Virus record (IMG/VR): IMGVR_UViG_3300006879_000017
Location: 1-28,150 of that record
Length of the DNA: 28,150 nucleotides
Source of the DNA: a virus
Taxonomy: Duplodnaviria; Caudoviricetes
Strand: one strand, 5' to 3'
Of this stretch, positions 1-9,989 are shown piece after piece. A program made the position numbers and the translations under genes. The notes beneath the pieces are model-generated. The model was not told the origin of the DNA, searched no databases, and saw only the letters and a list, made by a program, of their open reading frames with translations. Position 1 is the stretch's first letter. Every line of letters begins with the position of its first letter.

Positions 1-65
1 CAGCCGCCTAATAACAGCGTCATAATTGCCAGCAATGCTAGCCATGTTTTTCGTGTAATCATCAT
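1..65 (-). CDS. Outer-membrane spanin (Rz1-like lipoprotein), 5' part only, nested in Rz
   Basis: Not in the ORF track. ATG at 65 after AAAAGGG reads MMITRKTWLALLAIMTLLLGG followed by TG at the window edge. This is a basic N-terminus, a hydrophobic core and a probable lipobox LGG-C (the Cys codon is cut). It lies in a shifted frame inside the i-spanin. Confidence 0.75.
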   Translation of the reverse strand, partial: MMITRKTWLALLAIMTLLLGG

Positions 66-228
66 TTGCCCTTTTGATTTTTTGTTCATGCTGCTTTGCC
101 AAGAGTGCCGATTGAGCTTTGAGCGTTGTTAGCTCATCGCGCAATGCGTCACGCTCGTTTTTGATTGTCCCCAATGCCGCTAATACAAAGAGCAGCATCA
201 GCGATAGCAATAAAACGAGCCCCCTCAC
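1..228 (-). CDS. Inner-membrane spanin (Rz-like), partial
   Basis: GTG at 228 overlaps the endolysin TGA (GTGA). It reads VRGLVLLLSLMLLFVLAALGTIKNERDALRDELTTLKAQSALLAKQHEQKIKRANDDY..., an N-terminal TM helix plus coiled coil, directly after the endolysin. Confidence 0.8.
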   Translation of the reverse strand, partial: MRGLVLLLSLMLLFVLAALGTIKNERDALRDELTTLKAQSALLAKQHEQKIKRANDDYTKNMASIAGNYDAVIRRL

Positions 229-641
229 TGGTACACTCCTGTTGCTATCTGCTTAGCGATACGAGCCGCGCGCTCAGGGGTCTGTTTTGCCCAGTTACTG
301 TCGAGAGCTTCTTTCGCCGCCAGCTCATAATCGCCGCGCTGCAGGTAATGCAGGGTGCGATTGAACCCAAGTAATCCGTTGACACCAAGCTGGTACGCCA
401 TGTTTACCAGCGCATCTTGCCTCACCTCGTCAAGCGCATTAAAAAACGGCAGTATAGATTTTAGCGCATTTCGCCTCTGGTCAATCTCGTAATCAAGCCA
501 AAAATCAATAACGGCATCTGGCATTGCGCCGCCTCGCCGCTCGTCGATTAAAAAACCAACGCCGATGGTTAAATAACCAAGGTGGTCGCGGTAGGCGTGT
601 TTTACCACGCCTTCGTCTCGCAGCAGTTGTTTTTTTAGCAT
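225..641 (-). CDS. Endolysin, GH24 (T4-lysozyme-like)
   Basis: Catalytic E-x8-D-x5-T motif (EGVVKHAYRDHLGYLT), plus ALVNMAYQLG and DSNWAKQTPERA. The likely start is ATG 641 after AGGAG, not 731. Confidence 0.92.
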   Translation of the reverse strand: MLKKQLLRDEGVVKHAYRDHLGYLTIGVGFLIDERRGGAMPDAVIDFWLDYEIDQRRNALKSILPFFNALDEVRQDALVNMAYQLGVNGLLGFNRTLHYLQRGDYELAAKEALDSNWAKQTPERAARIAKQIATGVYQ

Positions 642-800
642 ACAACTCCTCATGCTCATCTTTGATCTAGTTAAAACGCACCACTCAGCACTGGCATGGT
701 ATCGCTTATGCGGGAGTATAGCTGGCGGCATGGGTGGTACTGGCCTTATGCTACTGGTTTTTATCCGTCCTTGCGTTTTTCGTCTAGGGCAACGGGCTTT

Positions 801-2855
801 CTAATACCGCGCTTCCGCGAACAACGCCTCAGCCGTAATTTCCCACCCGTCCGATGCATCAAGTGGATCTATCAAACATTTGGTCAAACTAACCACAACA
901 TCGCTGGCATCGCCACTCACTTTGAATATAGTTTTAGTATTATCAGTAGAACGGGCTACACTCACACTTGAATTGGTAGCAAAATCGTTTGGCACGAGAG
1001 TGCTCACAGAAGCGACACCCCTCATTCTAGGATGATCTACCATTACAGATCCGTCAGACAAAATAGTGGTGGAAACTCCATTTAAAGACGCGTCTACTGT
1101 TGCAGAATTTCTATTTGGGTATGTTCTTATTTCACCCGTGGGCGAGACAATAAACCTCAAATCTTTATGGATAAAAACATCAACTCCATAACCGCTTCTC
1201 TGCCCAGATGAGTTAGCATTATCAAAAAAGGAAGTGGAAACAGAGTTCACTCCGTCATGGAAAGCACGCAAATTTGCGGATGCGGATAAACTTAAAACCG
1301 CCGATGCTTTAGCATTTAGATGAAACCTGATTCTGCTGGAAGAACCACTAAGCAGTTCTATTTCACAGAAATAAGATGATCTGAAATAACTATTTTCTTT
1401 ATCAAAGGCTACCCAATCGTTCAAATTAGAGTCAAAACCTATAGTCATATAAGCTTTTCGCCAGATCTGGTCAGAAGGTAGCAGTGGCACACCATATCTA
1501 GACAACGCTAGTTCTGATGTTGGAGAGGGATACTCAAATTTAAAAGTGTCTACAACCGAAGAAGCAATACCTTCCCCCATCATATTGTAACCAAGCTGCG
1601 TAGCGTGTACGCCATCTCGCAACAATCTCCCCTGTACTGTAAATGAACCAAAACCTGCATAGGCCAACACTGCCCAAGGAAGTGAAGCGCAAACATATTC
1701 TTGAGCAGCTTGAATTGCTTGCCAAGTTGTCTCCTCTCTGTTTTGAGGGTTGCCGACTAAAGATAAAAAAGTTATTCCAATATTGTGATTACTTCTCAAA
1801 TAAGATAGCAGGCCTTGCAGTTGTACTTGGTATGCATCTCTTGAAACTTCTTCTAGTTGGTCAGTTTCACCTTGGTGAAAGATAACACTCCTACTTCCCA
1901 CATTCACTTCATTGTCAATGATATAACTGTTTAAATTATTTATTTGATCTTCTATAAAGGTAAATGTAGTGCTACCCACAGACAAATCTTCTAAAGAGGC
2001 TCCGCCTTGGGCTGCCGGTAATAAAATGACCCCCCTCCCCGTTTCCTTTGCATATTTGTTTGCAAAGGCTGACCAAGCGTGCCCGCGACTTATAGAAGTT
2101 CTCGCATGGGGCATATCGTAAACAATTGGCAGAAGAGCTTGTTCGTTTTTATCCCAATAAAGACATAAATCTCCATCAATTGGTTCCGGAAATTCCTTTG
2201 GCTTTGAAAAATCATTAGGCGGAGTTGCATGGCCAACGGCGTTAGACTGGCCGAAGATTATAAAAACGTCATAAGAAAGACTCAGGCCTTCTATCGAGGA
2301 CCACGTATAACTACGCCCCACAGATTTAACATAGTACGATTTATCTTCCGAAAGGGCGCTGGCAGGCAGCGCCAGCAGATCAGCAATGCCATCTACCGCC
2401 ACCACACCCCGCGCCACCATCGCCGCGCCCTTGTCGGGGTTGGCAAGGTCTTGCCGTATCACAGCATCCCCAGCAGGTACGAAGGCATCATCTTCTGGGA
2501 GTCCTGTGCCAGTAGTGGTGTAGGGCAAATCAACCTGCCCAGATACACGCCAGAACTCGCCGTTACTGTCGCGGATGATCTGGTTGTACTGGGTTATCTC
2601 GATCTCGGCGGCGTATTCGCCTGCAAACTGATATCCGCTTGATGCTGCGATAAACGTGCGGAACTCCTGTTCGCGAGAGGATTGATCTGCGTTGAACTCC
2701 GACTCCATCCCCGCCAGCGTGCGACGACTTCTATCAAAGCGGTCTTGCCATGTTTCGTTATCGCTATTCACAGCGTGGTCTAGATTCTCAGCATTGTCGT
2801 AAAGATCACGCGGGTCTGAGCTACCCAGCGGATTGCCCGTATTATAAGTTGTCAA
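801..2855 (-). CDS. Tailspike / receptor-binding protein with SGNH (SASA/CE6-like) acetylesterase domain
   Basis: N-terminal virion anchor MTTYNTGNPLGSSDPRDLYDNAENLD. Central esterase motifs GQSN, AQGG, FHQGETD and DGVH. It is the last gene of the tail module. Confidence 0.85.
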   Translation of the reverse strand: MTTYNTGNPLGSSDPRDLYDNAENLDHAVNSDNETWQDRFDRSRRTLAGMESEFNADQSSREQEFRTFIAASSGYQFAGEYAAEIEITQYNQIIRDSNGEFWRVSGQVDLPYTTTGTGLPEDDAFVPAGDAVIRQDLANPDKGAAMVARGVVAVDGIADLLALPASALSEDKSYYVKSVGRSYTWSSIEGLSLSYDVFIIFGQSNAVGHATPPNDFSKPKEFPEPIDGDLCLYWDKNEQALLPIVYDMPHARTSISRGHAWSAFANKYAKETGRGVILLPAAQGGASLEDLSVGSTTFTFIEDQINNLNSYIIDNEVNVGSRSVIFHQGETDQLEEVSRDAYQVQLQGLLSYLRSNHNIGITFLSLVGNPQNREETTWQAIQAAQEYVCASLPWAVLAYAGFGSFTVQGRLLRDGVHATQLGYNMMGEGIASSVVDTFKFEYPSPTSELALSRYGVPLLPSDQIWRKAYMTIGFDSNLNDWVAFDKENSYFRSSYFCEIELLSGSSSRIRFHLNAKASAVLSLSASANLRAFHDGVNSVSTSFFDNANSSGQRSGYGVDVFIHKDLRFIVSPTGEIRTYPNRNSATVDASLNGVSTTILSDGSVMVDHPRMRGVASVSTLVPNDFATNSSVSVARSTDNTKTIFKVSGDASDVVVSLTKCLIDPLDASDGWEITAEALFAEARY

Positions 2856-5527
2856 TTTGGCACCTCATCATCGTATTGATAGACTCTGTCATCGTAGTTT
2901 ACAGCACTGATCCGCACTTCCAGATTGTTAGGCGTGACCTCCTCAACAATAGCGGGAAACGCCCATTTATCCACCGTGCCCAAGTAAAAATGCCAGTCTC
3001 TTTCGGGCACTTTATCGGTGTTCACCACCAGCAAATGCCCTTGCAGCTCGCAATCAAACGGCCCAACTAACTCGCCTTTATCGTTGCGCCATGCGCACAT
3101 TAGTTGGCCGCTCAACTCTATTGGCTCGGTTATACCTATCGCTACATTGTCGCCTGATTTGTGCGCATAGGCAACAAGCGCAGACTGGCTAAAGCCCTCT
3201 ACTTCGTCGGTTATTGATATGTAAGAAAGGTAATTGCAGTTAAGCCCCTCAAGCTCGGTGCTAAAGTCATAGCTCCAGCGCTGGTATTTCTGCGCCATTC
3301 TCATACGCATACCGATGCGCCAAGCCTGCACGTAGTCAGTGACACCTTCCAGCGTCACCTCTTCCGCTTTCAGGCCAAAATCGCCCGCCAAGCGTATCTT
3401 GATGGTTTCTTCTTCGAATCCGTTTTCAGCGTTGCGGAACGTGACATCCACGCCGTCAAACTCATCGCGGCTTTTGCCGATGAACGAGCGCACTAAGCCG
3501 CGCGTCATGTTCTGCGCACTGAACGCCTGCTCAAACGTTGTACGCCTGCCATCTCGTAGTGGCGTTAGTATGCCGTCATGAAGCGTAAGTGCGCCCATGC
3601 CTGCGCCTAGCGCTGTGTTGATCGCATCAGCAACCGTGGTCTGGCTAAACGCATGGTTAAACGTCTCGCCGCGCGATGCCCACAAATCATCTAAGTCTTT
3701 GAGCGCCACCCAATCAATATCGCGCTCTTTATACCCTGCTTGAGCTGCTATCTCTGCCACTGCCGCGGCTATTGAGCGAGTAGCTGATACTGCGCCATAA
3801 CCGTTGTCTGTGACACCCCTAATGCGTCTGCGCGCCACTAGGTTAAACATAGTCTCTGATGTCGCGGATAGTTTTTTGCTGCTTGCAAGATGGATTGCAA
3901 TGGTTGTCCACGGATAGCTGGTGGGCGCATCGTATTTTACGCGCGCCGCCTGCCACAGAACCTTGTTTCTTACTTTGTCGCCGCTGCCGTCGCCTGTGCG
4001 TTTGGCCCTCATCTCAATGGCCATTTTGCTGGGCAAGGTTATTTCTCTGGTGTAGCCAACTTGGTCAGGCGTGCTGGCGCTAAAAGAATAATCTACCGTG
4101 TTCCACGCTGTCGCTCCGAGCTGCCGCCACTGCGCCTGCACGGTCTGCGTTGTTGACTGCCTATCGCCCTTGTCGTTGTACTTAACCAGCCCCTCTGGGA
4201 AAAAGAAATCTAGCTCTATTTTGTCAGTGGCTCTGCCCTGATTTGTTAGCGTGAACGGCCCCGTCCAACCTTTGGATGTTGATGTGCCCGCTAACGATAT
4301 AGTGAAATCCACATCCGTCACAGGCGTCACAAAACCCTGCCACTCCGTGTCTATATCGCCACTACTACCAATGCGCTCAACACTCATTAGGCCAACCCCA
4401 TATGGGGTCAGGCTCGTCACTTCATAAAGAAGCCCTACTCGCCCGACTGCTGCGTCGCCTACACCAGCAAAACCTATATCATCAACAGGCGCTCCCGCTG
4501 TTGTTTTCAGGTAAAGCCTGTTTCCTGTTGCGTCATAGCTGTCAATCTCGTAAATAGAGGCCGTATCACCCACTCGAACCTCTATTCTGTCATTCGGCAC
4601 AATAGGCGCGATGGCGTCAAAATTGCCGCTTAAATACCACTCATCCACGTCGTCTTGCGCCCATTCGTACGGCATAATAGGGGCAATGCTCAGCTGCATT
4701 CCCACCTCCCAGCCTGGCGCAACAAAAGGGGGTGCAAATGTCATCGTTTTGCCCGAAAGGCTGACCTTGTCGTAACCCGTGGGCTCCGAATACGAGCTCG
4801 TGGCATCAAGCTCTAAGCCTGCCGCCCCCATAGTGCCGTCCACTTCTGCGGCTGGCTGCCACCACTCGTGCGCGGGGTCGCCACTAAGATTCGCATTGGG
4901 CGGGTAAACGGTAAAACTTGCGTTATCGCCAAGCGCCAAAAGTGGCGTGTTTTCTATTTTGATCTGACTCGCTGGTATGTCGTACTCTCCCGCCCCCACA
5001 CACAGCAGCACACGCATGTGCTGGTCGCGCGCAGTCTCGTACCAGCGTCTGGGTGGATTAAGGTAATCGGGGTAAATTCTGTTTTCACCAAATGATTGAC
5101 GGACAACCTCGCCCAGCCGTGCCATGTTGGCCTGCGCGTTTACAGAGTCCAGCGCGCTGCCTTGTCCTGGCATTTTTGGCGCCCCTGGAATAGAAGGCTT
5201 TAGGCCAAGCGCACGCCTTACTTCTCGGCCCACTCGTCTGTAGTTTTGGGGGTTATGGATTAGGCTTGCACCACCTGTGAGGACCGCCCCAACATACTTC
5301 TCGCTCCCTTTTTTTGGCAGCGGATAAATATCCACAGTGTCCTTAGCGCCGATAGTCGTGATACCCCACGCGGGCATTGGTAGGGGCTTGCCGTTAACAG
5401 AAACTGATACACGCTCGCTTCCATCAAAACCGGGCACACCCTGAAGCCATCCCAAAATAGTAGTGCCGCCTGCAGCGTGGCGCTCCACTGGCTCGGTATC
5501 GGTGATGCTTGAGTAAACGTTAATCAT
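2852..5527 (-). CDS. Tail tip / central tail protein (gpI-gpJ-like host specificity factor)
   Basis: N-terminal ubiquitin-like segment (VSVSVNGKPL...DTVDIYPLP), ARLGEVVRQSFG..RIYPDY, and C-terminal AVNYDDRVYQYD. It follows the NlpC/P60 gene. Likely start is ATG 5527 (MINVY). Confidence 0.85.
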   Translation of the reverse strand: MINVYSSITDTEPVERHAAGGTTILGWLQGVPGFDGSERVSVSVNGKPLPMPAWGITTIGAKDTVDIYPLPKKGSEKYVGAVLTGGASLIHNPQNYRRVGREVRRALGLKPSIPGAPKMPGQGSALDSVNAQANMARLGEVVRQSFGENRIYPDYLNPPRRWYETARDQHMRVLLCVGAGEYDIPASQIKIENTPLLALGDNASFTVYPPNANLSGDPAHEWWQPAAEVDGTMGAAGLELDATSSYSEPTGYDKVSLSGKTMTFAPPFVAPGWEVGMQLSIAPIMPYEWAQDDVDEWYLSGNFDAIAPIVPNDRIEVRVGDTASIYEIDSYDATGNRLYLKTTAGAPVDDIGFAGVGDAAVGRVGLLYEVTSLTPYGVGLMSVERIGSSGDIDTEWQGFVTPVTDVDFTISLAGTSTSKGWTGPFTLTNQGRATDKIELDFFFPEGLVKYNDKGDRQSTTQTVQAQWRQLGATAWNTVDYSFSASTPDQVGYTREITLPSKMAIEMRAKRTGDGSGDKVRNKVLWQAARVKYDAPTSYPWTTIAIHLASSKKLSATSETMFNLVARRRIRGVTDNGYGAVSATRSIAAAVAEIAAQAGYKERDIDWVALKDLDDLWASRGETFNHAFSQTTVADAINTALGAGMGALTLHDGILTPLRDGRRTTFEQAFSAQNMTRGLVRSFIGKSRDEFDGVDVTFRNAENGFEEETIKIRLAGDFGLKAEEVTLEGVTDYVQAWRIGMRMRMAQKYQRWSYDFSTELEGLNCNYLSYISITDEVEGFSQSALVAYAHKSGDNVAIGITEPIELSGQLMCAWRNDKGELVGPFDCELQGHLLVVNTDKVPERDWHFYLGTVDKWAFPAIVEEVTPNNLEVRISAVNYDDRVYQYDDEVPN

Positions 5528-5906
5528 AGTATTCAACCCGCGTGAACTCTTTCTCAAACTGCGGAATGTTGCGAAGCCGCATACCCAGTCTCTCGTTAAC
5601 AGCCTCTAATATCATACGCCTACCATCCACAGAAACAACAATGCCTATATGTGCGCACACATTGCGCTTGTATCCCGTGGCAATCGCGCCCTGTTTTATA
5701 TCGCATCGAGTCAACGTGGGCGCAATTTCTGCTGCGTTTCTGGTTGCCATGCGTTTGTCGTCCGCTCTTTGCGTGGCAAGCAATGGCATCAGCGGCTTGT
5801 TAAACTCATGGTGCCGCACCCATCGCACCAAGCCATAGCAGTCGAGCCGTGGGTATTCTCTACCCATATCCACATATTCGCACTTCAAGTATTTTTCAAT
5901 CATCAC
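5520..5906 (-). CDS. Tail assembly NlpC/P60-family protein (gpK-like)
   Basis: LDCYGLV and HIGIV motifs; syntenic between the DUF1833-like gene and the tail tip gene. Confidence 0.85.
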   Translation of the reverse strand: MMIEKYLKCEYVDMGREYPRLDCYGLVRWVRHHEFNKPLMPLLATQRADDKRMATRNAAEIAPTLTRCDIKQGAIATGYKRNVCAHIGIVVSVDGRRMILEAVNERLGMRLRNIPQFEKEFTRVEYYD

Positions 5907-6403
5907 ATGTACTGAATAGCAGGTGCATTTAAATTCGTAAACCGCTCTCGCGGATATGCGGTGTTGAGCGCATCAAAAACAGCGGCTTCAATCGTGCACA
6001 TCATGCCCTCGAAGCTGCCGCCAACCATTGCAAACGTAAGGCCGTTAAACGCGGGCTGCGACATATCGGGGTACAGATATTCGCGATAAATAATGTCTGT
6101 TTGCTCGTCCGATTCAAGCGCGCCCACGATAACATTGTGCGCCTCTTTCGCCACATTCCAGATTCCAAAGCTAAGCGTTTGATCTATTTTGTCGCTGCGT
6201 TTTGGCCTGCTTACAGCTAGATTTCCCGCGATGAAAGTGACGCTTGTTTCGTCCTCAAGCTTAGCCACTATGTCTTCAAATCCTGTGCAAACATAAATTG
6301 GGCTTGCATTAGGCGGCTTAATTTCAAGTGTCTGAATAATAACATGCTCACTTGGTGCGCTTGCGTAAACTTTTTTAAGTAGCTCGCTCATACCTCGGGC
6401 CAC
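5903..6403 (-). CDS. Minor tail protein, DUF1833-like (gpL position)
   Basis: LLKKVYASAP...TLEI, YREYL..D and NTAYPRERF motifs; position after the distal tail gene. Confidence 0.75.
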   Translation of the reverse strand: MARGMSELLKKVYASAPSEHVIIQTLEIKPPNASPIYVCTGFEDIVAKLEDETSVTFIAGNLAVSRPKRSDKIDQTLSFGIWNVAKEAHNVIVGALESDEQTDIIYREYLYPDMSQPAFNGLTFAMVGGSFEGMMCTIEAAVFDALNTAYPRERFTNLNAPAIQYM

Positions 6404-6852
6404 TCCCTGTTAACAGCAAGATCGATAATGTCCGCATCCAAGATAAACTCCTGCCCATACTCGTACCACTCCGGAGGAATTATAGGGCGCTTGAACACTT
6501 CCAGCTGCATTCTGAATTTCCAGAGACACGAACCCCATAGCTCTGGACCTTCATACATATCTGTAAACCGGCAGGCGTAGGGCATCAGCCCTTCAGGTGT
6601 CTTTATGGTCGCGTTAAACCACTTAGTGCCATCCATCGCATCGTAGGCAAACCACGCCTCGAAAAGTTGCGCCTCTGAATCGTTCAAAATGATGCTGACT
6701 GGCAGAATACTGGGGACACTTTGGAATGTACGCCGCTGACGTGCTCGACCTGTCACCATCTCTGTGCGGGCAAACGGCTGTACGTGGTTAAAGCCGTAAC
6801 CCTCTCGCATAAACGGCGGCAACTCTTTGGGGAAGTCTAGCTCTGGCGTCAT
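6388..6852 (-). CDS. Distal tail protein (gpM-like)
   Basis: RTEMVTGRARQRR and FEAWF...G..WF motifs; immediately after the tape measure gene with an ATGA overlap. Confidence 0.8.
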   Translation of the reverse strand: MTPELDFPKELPPFMREGYGFNHVQPFARTEMVTGRARQRRTFQSVPSILPVSIILNDSEAQLFEAWFAYDAMDGTKWFNATIKTPEGLMPYACRFTDMYEGPELWGSCLWKFRMQLEVFKRPIIPPEWYEYGQEFILDADIIDLAVNREWPEV

Positions 6853-9800
6853 GCTCCTTGTCTCCTCAATCCGTATGCCCGCTGCATAGCTTTCGCCCGT
6901 GGGCCGTTGCTCATAATGTCAGACACAAATACATCAATCTCCATTGATCCATCGTCACGCTGGCGCTGCTCCACATCGCCGCCCCTACTGGAGTCCTCAA
7001 ACAAGTTTACCACGACCGTCGGCGGAGCTTGTCGCGTACTGCTACTCGGCTGCGGTATAGCACCCGGAGACGGCAGCGCCCTGCCTGAACGCATGGCCTC
7101 TAAGTTATCTACACCGATACGAGCGGTAGATGCTGCATCGAATACGTATTCCTTACCGTGGACTACGCCAGCCACTTCGTCCAGCCCACCATCGCCCGTG
7201 TAACCGCCCTTGCGGAATCCGCCAAGCGCGCCTATCGCGAGAACCGCACCTATACCAATGGCGGCAGCAGCACCAAAGGAGCCAATAGATGCCATAAATG
7301 CCGCTGGAGTCCATGCGGCAGCCGTAGTAGATGCCGCAGCTACTTGTGTAGTAGTGGTGGTCGCCGTGGCAGCAGTTGCCGCCGCAGTAGTCGTACCTAT
7401 GGCCGCTACTTCGGCAGCAGCAGCGGCAGTAGCTTTCGGACCGCGCAATACCAGAATCGCCTGATAGGCTAGCTCCTGCGCAATCATCTGACCGATAGCG
7501 TTGACTACGCCTCTAGCCATGCTTTGGAATACACCTCGCGCCGCCTCACCGAAGTCCTCGGCATCAAAGATGGCGCTCTCGAAGGCGTCCCCGAAACCTC
7601 TGGTAAACCGCTCTATAGTTTGTCCAGCAATCTCATTGAAGTTGGATAGGTTCTGTTCGGCAGCCAGCAGCCAGCGATCCCAATAGCTACCATTCGCCTC
7701 GATAAGAGCATCATTGCGCTCGTTCTCCAGTCGTAGCAGCAGGTCGGTGCGTGCCTGCTCGTTCTCGAACGTGGCATTCTCGACGATGGCTCGACGTCGC
7801 GCATAGGAAGCTAGGATTGCTTCCTCTTCGGTCATTAGTTCGCGGGCAATATCGTCGCGCTCGCGGTTTATTTTCTCTTGGTCGGCTTCGGCCTGCGCTA
7901 GCTTATTACGCATGTCAAGCTCTTTAGCCATGCCACGCAGCATCTCTTGCTGTGCGGGGAGGAGTCCTTGCAGTCGACCATGTTGGATTTCGTACAGCAG
8001 TTGCTCAGCCTCAGTTGCGTCTTTGGCAAGGTTTAGCTGGCGGTGGTATCCGGCCAGCGTCTGCTCGAACGCTGTAGAGAGTGCATTCTGAGAGTCGGTT
8101 AGCTCCACTACGGTATCGTCTAGCGTCTTGGTTTCTTTATTCAGAGTTGCAACGGCTTCGGCGGCTTGGCTGGAATCCTTACCCACTTGGGCAAACATAT
8201 CAGCGTAAATGTCACTGACCGCAGCCGCTTCTGCGTCGGTGTCCTTGCGCATCTGCTCAAGAAGCGCTTTGTGCTCCTCACCGGTCTTAGAGCGTATCTT
8301 TTCGATGCCACTACCGATGGCATCCGCAAATCCATCAAGTCCTAATGCTCGCAGCGCACCCTGCCCCAGTCCTGTGAGAAATTGCAGTAGGTCTGCCAGC
8401 TTATTGCGGACCGCGTCTAGTGGGTTTGTCAGCGAGAACTTAATATCCTCGCCGAGTCGACTGAAGAAGCCGCCGATATGAATGGCAATGCTATGCAGGC
8501 CGCCCATGAGCGCAATACCAGCCTTCTCAACAATCTCGAACTCATTGCGCAGATAAGTGCCGATTTCCCACCCTGCAAACGCTGCAGCGGCTAGGCTCAA
8601 CGCTGTGCGCATGGATAGCAGCTGCTTTGTTGTTATAGCCGCCTGAGTCGAGAATATGCGCAGCACGTTTGTGTAAGCAGCCGTAGCAGCTGATGCTAGC
8701 GCCTTTGCAGTAGGTATAGTGTATACGGCAACAACATAAGCAGAGACCAGCTTTGTCGCTAAAACAACTGTGCTAGCAATCGTTTCAATGTTTTCACCAA
8801 ATGCTCTTAATGCGCTTGTTAGCGACTGAACAAGCGAGCGAGAATTACCACTAAATGCTTTCCCGATTGATATTTGCACGTCAGCAAACGCCGATGAAAG
8901 CCCTTGCAGATCACCTTCTAGCGTGTCGCGGATAACGCCGGCCATTTGCGCCGCTTCACCGCCAACATCTTTAAGGTCTTCTGATAGCTCCCGTACTTTA
9001 AAGCGCTGTTCGACAAGTGCGAGAATTGCAGGTCCGCCACGATCACCAAATACAGTCAGCGCTTGTGCGGCACCTATGCCGCTCTCGGCTAGCGTGTCGA
9101 TGATATCGGCTAAATCGTTTGTCTGCGGGTTTACGTCTTTTAAGCTAACACCCAGCGCTGCTAGCTGCTCCTGTGCGGCCTTGGAAGGGTTTGCAAGGCT
9201 AGACAGCACACGGCGCAATCCCGTACCGGCTGAGCTTCCCTGAATACCGGCGTCAGATAACGCACCAATCGCAGCAGCTGAATCACTCATACTGATTTTT
9301 AGAGACGCTGCAACGGGGCCAACGTAGCTCATTGCATCGCCAAGCTGGCGAACGTCGGTATTAGCTCTAGCAGTAGCAGCAGCAAGCACGTCAGATACGT
9401 TTGCAGCGTCCTCGGCGGCAATGCCGTAGGCACTCATGATGTTTGACGCGACGTCCGCTGCGCTACCAAGGTCTAACGATGCAGCGGTAGCAAGGTCGAG
9501 AATTGCAGGAATCGCTGCAATGGAATCGTTGGCGTTCCAGCCTGCGCGTGCTAAGAACTCAAGACCAGCTCCGGCTTGACTGGCTGAAAACTCGGTCTCA
9601 GCGCCAAGTTTACGTGCTGTATTAGTTAGCCGCTCAAGCTCGACAGAAGATGCTCGACTAACAGCGCTAACCCGCGCCATCTGCGCTTCAAAATCAGCGT
9701 ACGTAGATAAAGAAGCTTTAAGGCCGCCGACTAACGCCGTAACGCTAAATGCACCAGCTGCGAGCTTGGCAGCTCCTGCCAGTTTAGACATTGAGGTGGA

Positions 9801-9986
9801 GGACTTGTCGCCTTCCCTAGCGACATCAGCCAATGACTTGCTGGTATTGCGCGACTCAGCTGTGAGGCCGCCAGAAGCCTGGTCAGCCGACCTGCTGCTC
9901 TTCGTGAATCGATCTAGGGACGACGAAGCACTATCGATATCGGCCACACCGGTAACGCGTAAACCAAGAGCAGCAACTTCAGTCAT
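6849..9986 (-). CDS. Tail tape measure protein
   Basis: 1045 aa and Ala-rich. TP901-type core (ETEFSASQAG..LEFLARAG, GIQGSSAGTGLR) and C-terminal GGYTGDGG..EVAGVVHGKEYVF. GAGG RBS. Confidence 0.95.
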   Translation of the reverse strand: MTEVAALGLRVTGVADIDSASSSLDRFTKSSRSADQASGGLTAESRNTSKSLADVAREGDKSSTSMSKLAGAAKLAAGAFSVTALVGGLKASLSTYADFEAQMARVSAVSRASSVELERLTNTARKLGAETEFSASQAGAGLEFLARAGWNANDSIAAIPAILDLATAASLDLGSAADVASNIMSAYGIAAEDAANVSDVLAAATARANTDVRQLGDAMSYVGPVAASLKISMSDSAAAIGALSDAGIQGSSAGTGLRRVLSSLANPSKAAQEQLAALGVSLKDVNPQTNDLADIIDTLAESGIGAAQALTVFGDRGGPAILALVEQRFKVRELSEDLKDVGGEAAQMAGVIRDTLEGDLQGLSSAFADVQISIGKAFSGNSRSLVQSLTSALRAFGENIETIASTVVLATKLVSAYVVAVYTIPTAKALASAATAAYTNVLRIFSTQAAITTKQLLSMRTALSLAAAAFAGWEIGTYLRNEFEIVEKAGIALMGGLHSIAIHIGGFFSRLGEDIKFSLTNPLDAVRNKLADLLQFLTGLGQGALRALGLDGFADAIGSGIEKIRSKTGEEHKALLEQMRKDTDAEAAAVSDIYADMFAQVGKDSSQAAEAVATLNKETKTLDDTVVELTDSQNALSTAFEQTLAGYHRQLNLAKDATEAEQLLYEIQHGRLQGLLPAQQEMLRGMAKELDMRNKLAQAEADQEKINRERDDIARELMTEEEAILASYARRRAIVENATFENEQARTDLLLRLENERNDALIEANGSYWDRWLLAAEQNLSNFNEIAGQTIERFTRGFGDAFESAIFDAEDFGEAARGVFQSMARGVVNAIGQMIAQELAYQAILVLRGPKATAAAAAEVAAIGTTTAAATAATATTTTTQVAAASTTAAAWTPAAFMASIGSFGAAAAIGIGAVLAIGALGGFRKGGYTGDGGLDEVAGVVHGKEYVFDAASTARIGVDNLEAMRSGRALPSPGAIPQPSSSTRQAPPTVVVNLFEDSSRGGDVEQRQRDDGSMEIDVFVSDIMSNGPRAKAMQRAYGLRRQGA

Positions 9987-9989
9987 CGT

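Noticed and set aside
660-790. Possible TAG stop-codon recoding suggested by in-frame TAGs in a hydrophobic frame
   Set aside because: TAG is the normal stop of several intact genes (tailspike, terL, gpT), and the phage tRNA is Arg(CCU), not a suppressor.
7260-7440. GCA/GTA-rich low-complexity repeats
   Set aside because: Explained by the Ala/Thr-rich segment of the tape measure protein; not an array.
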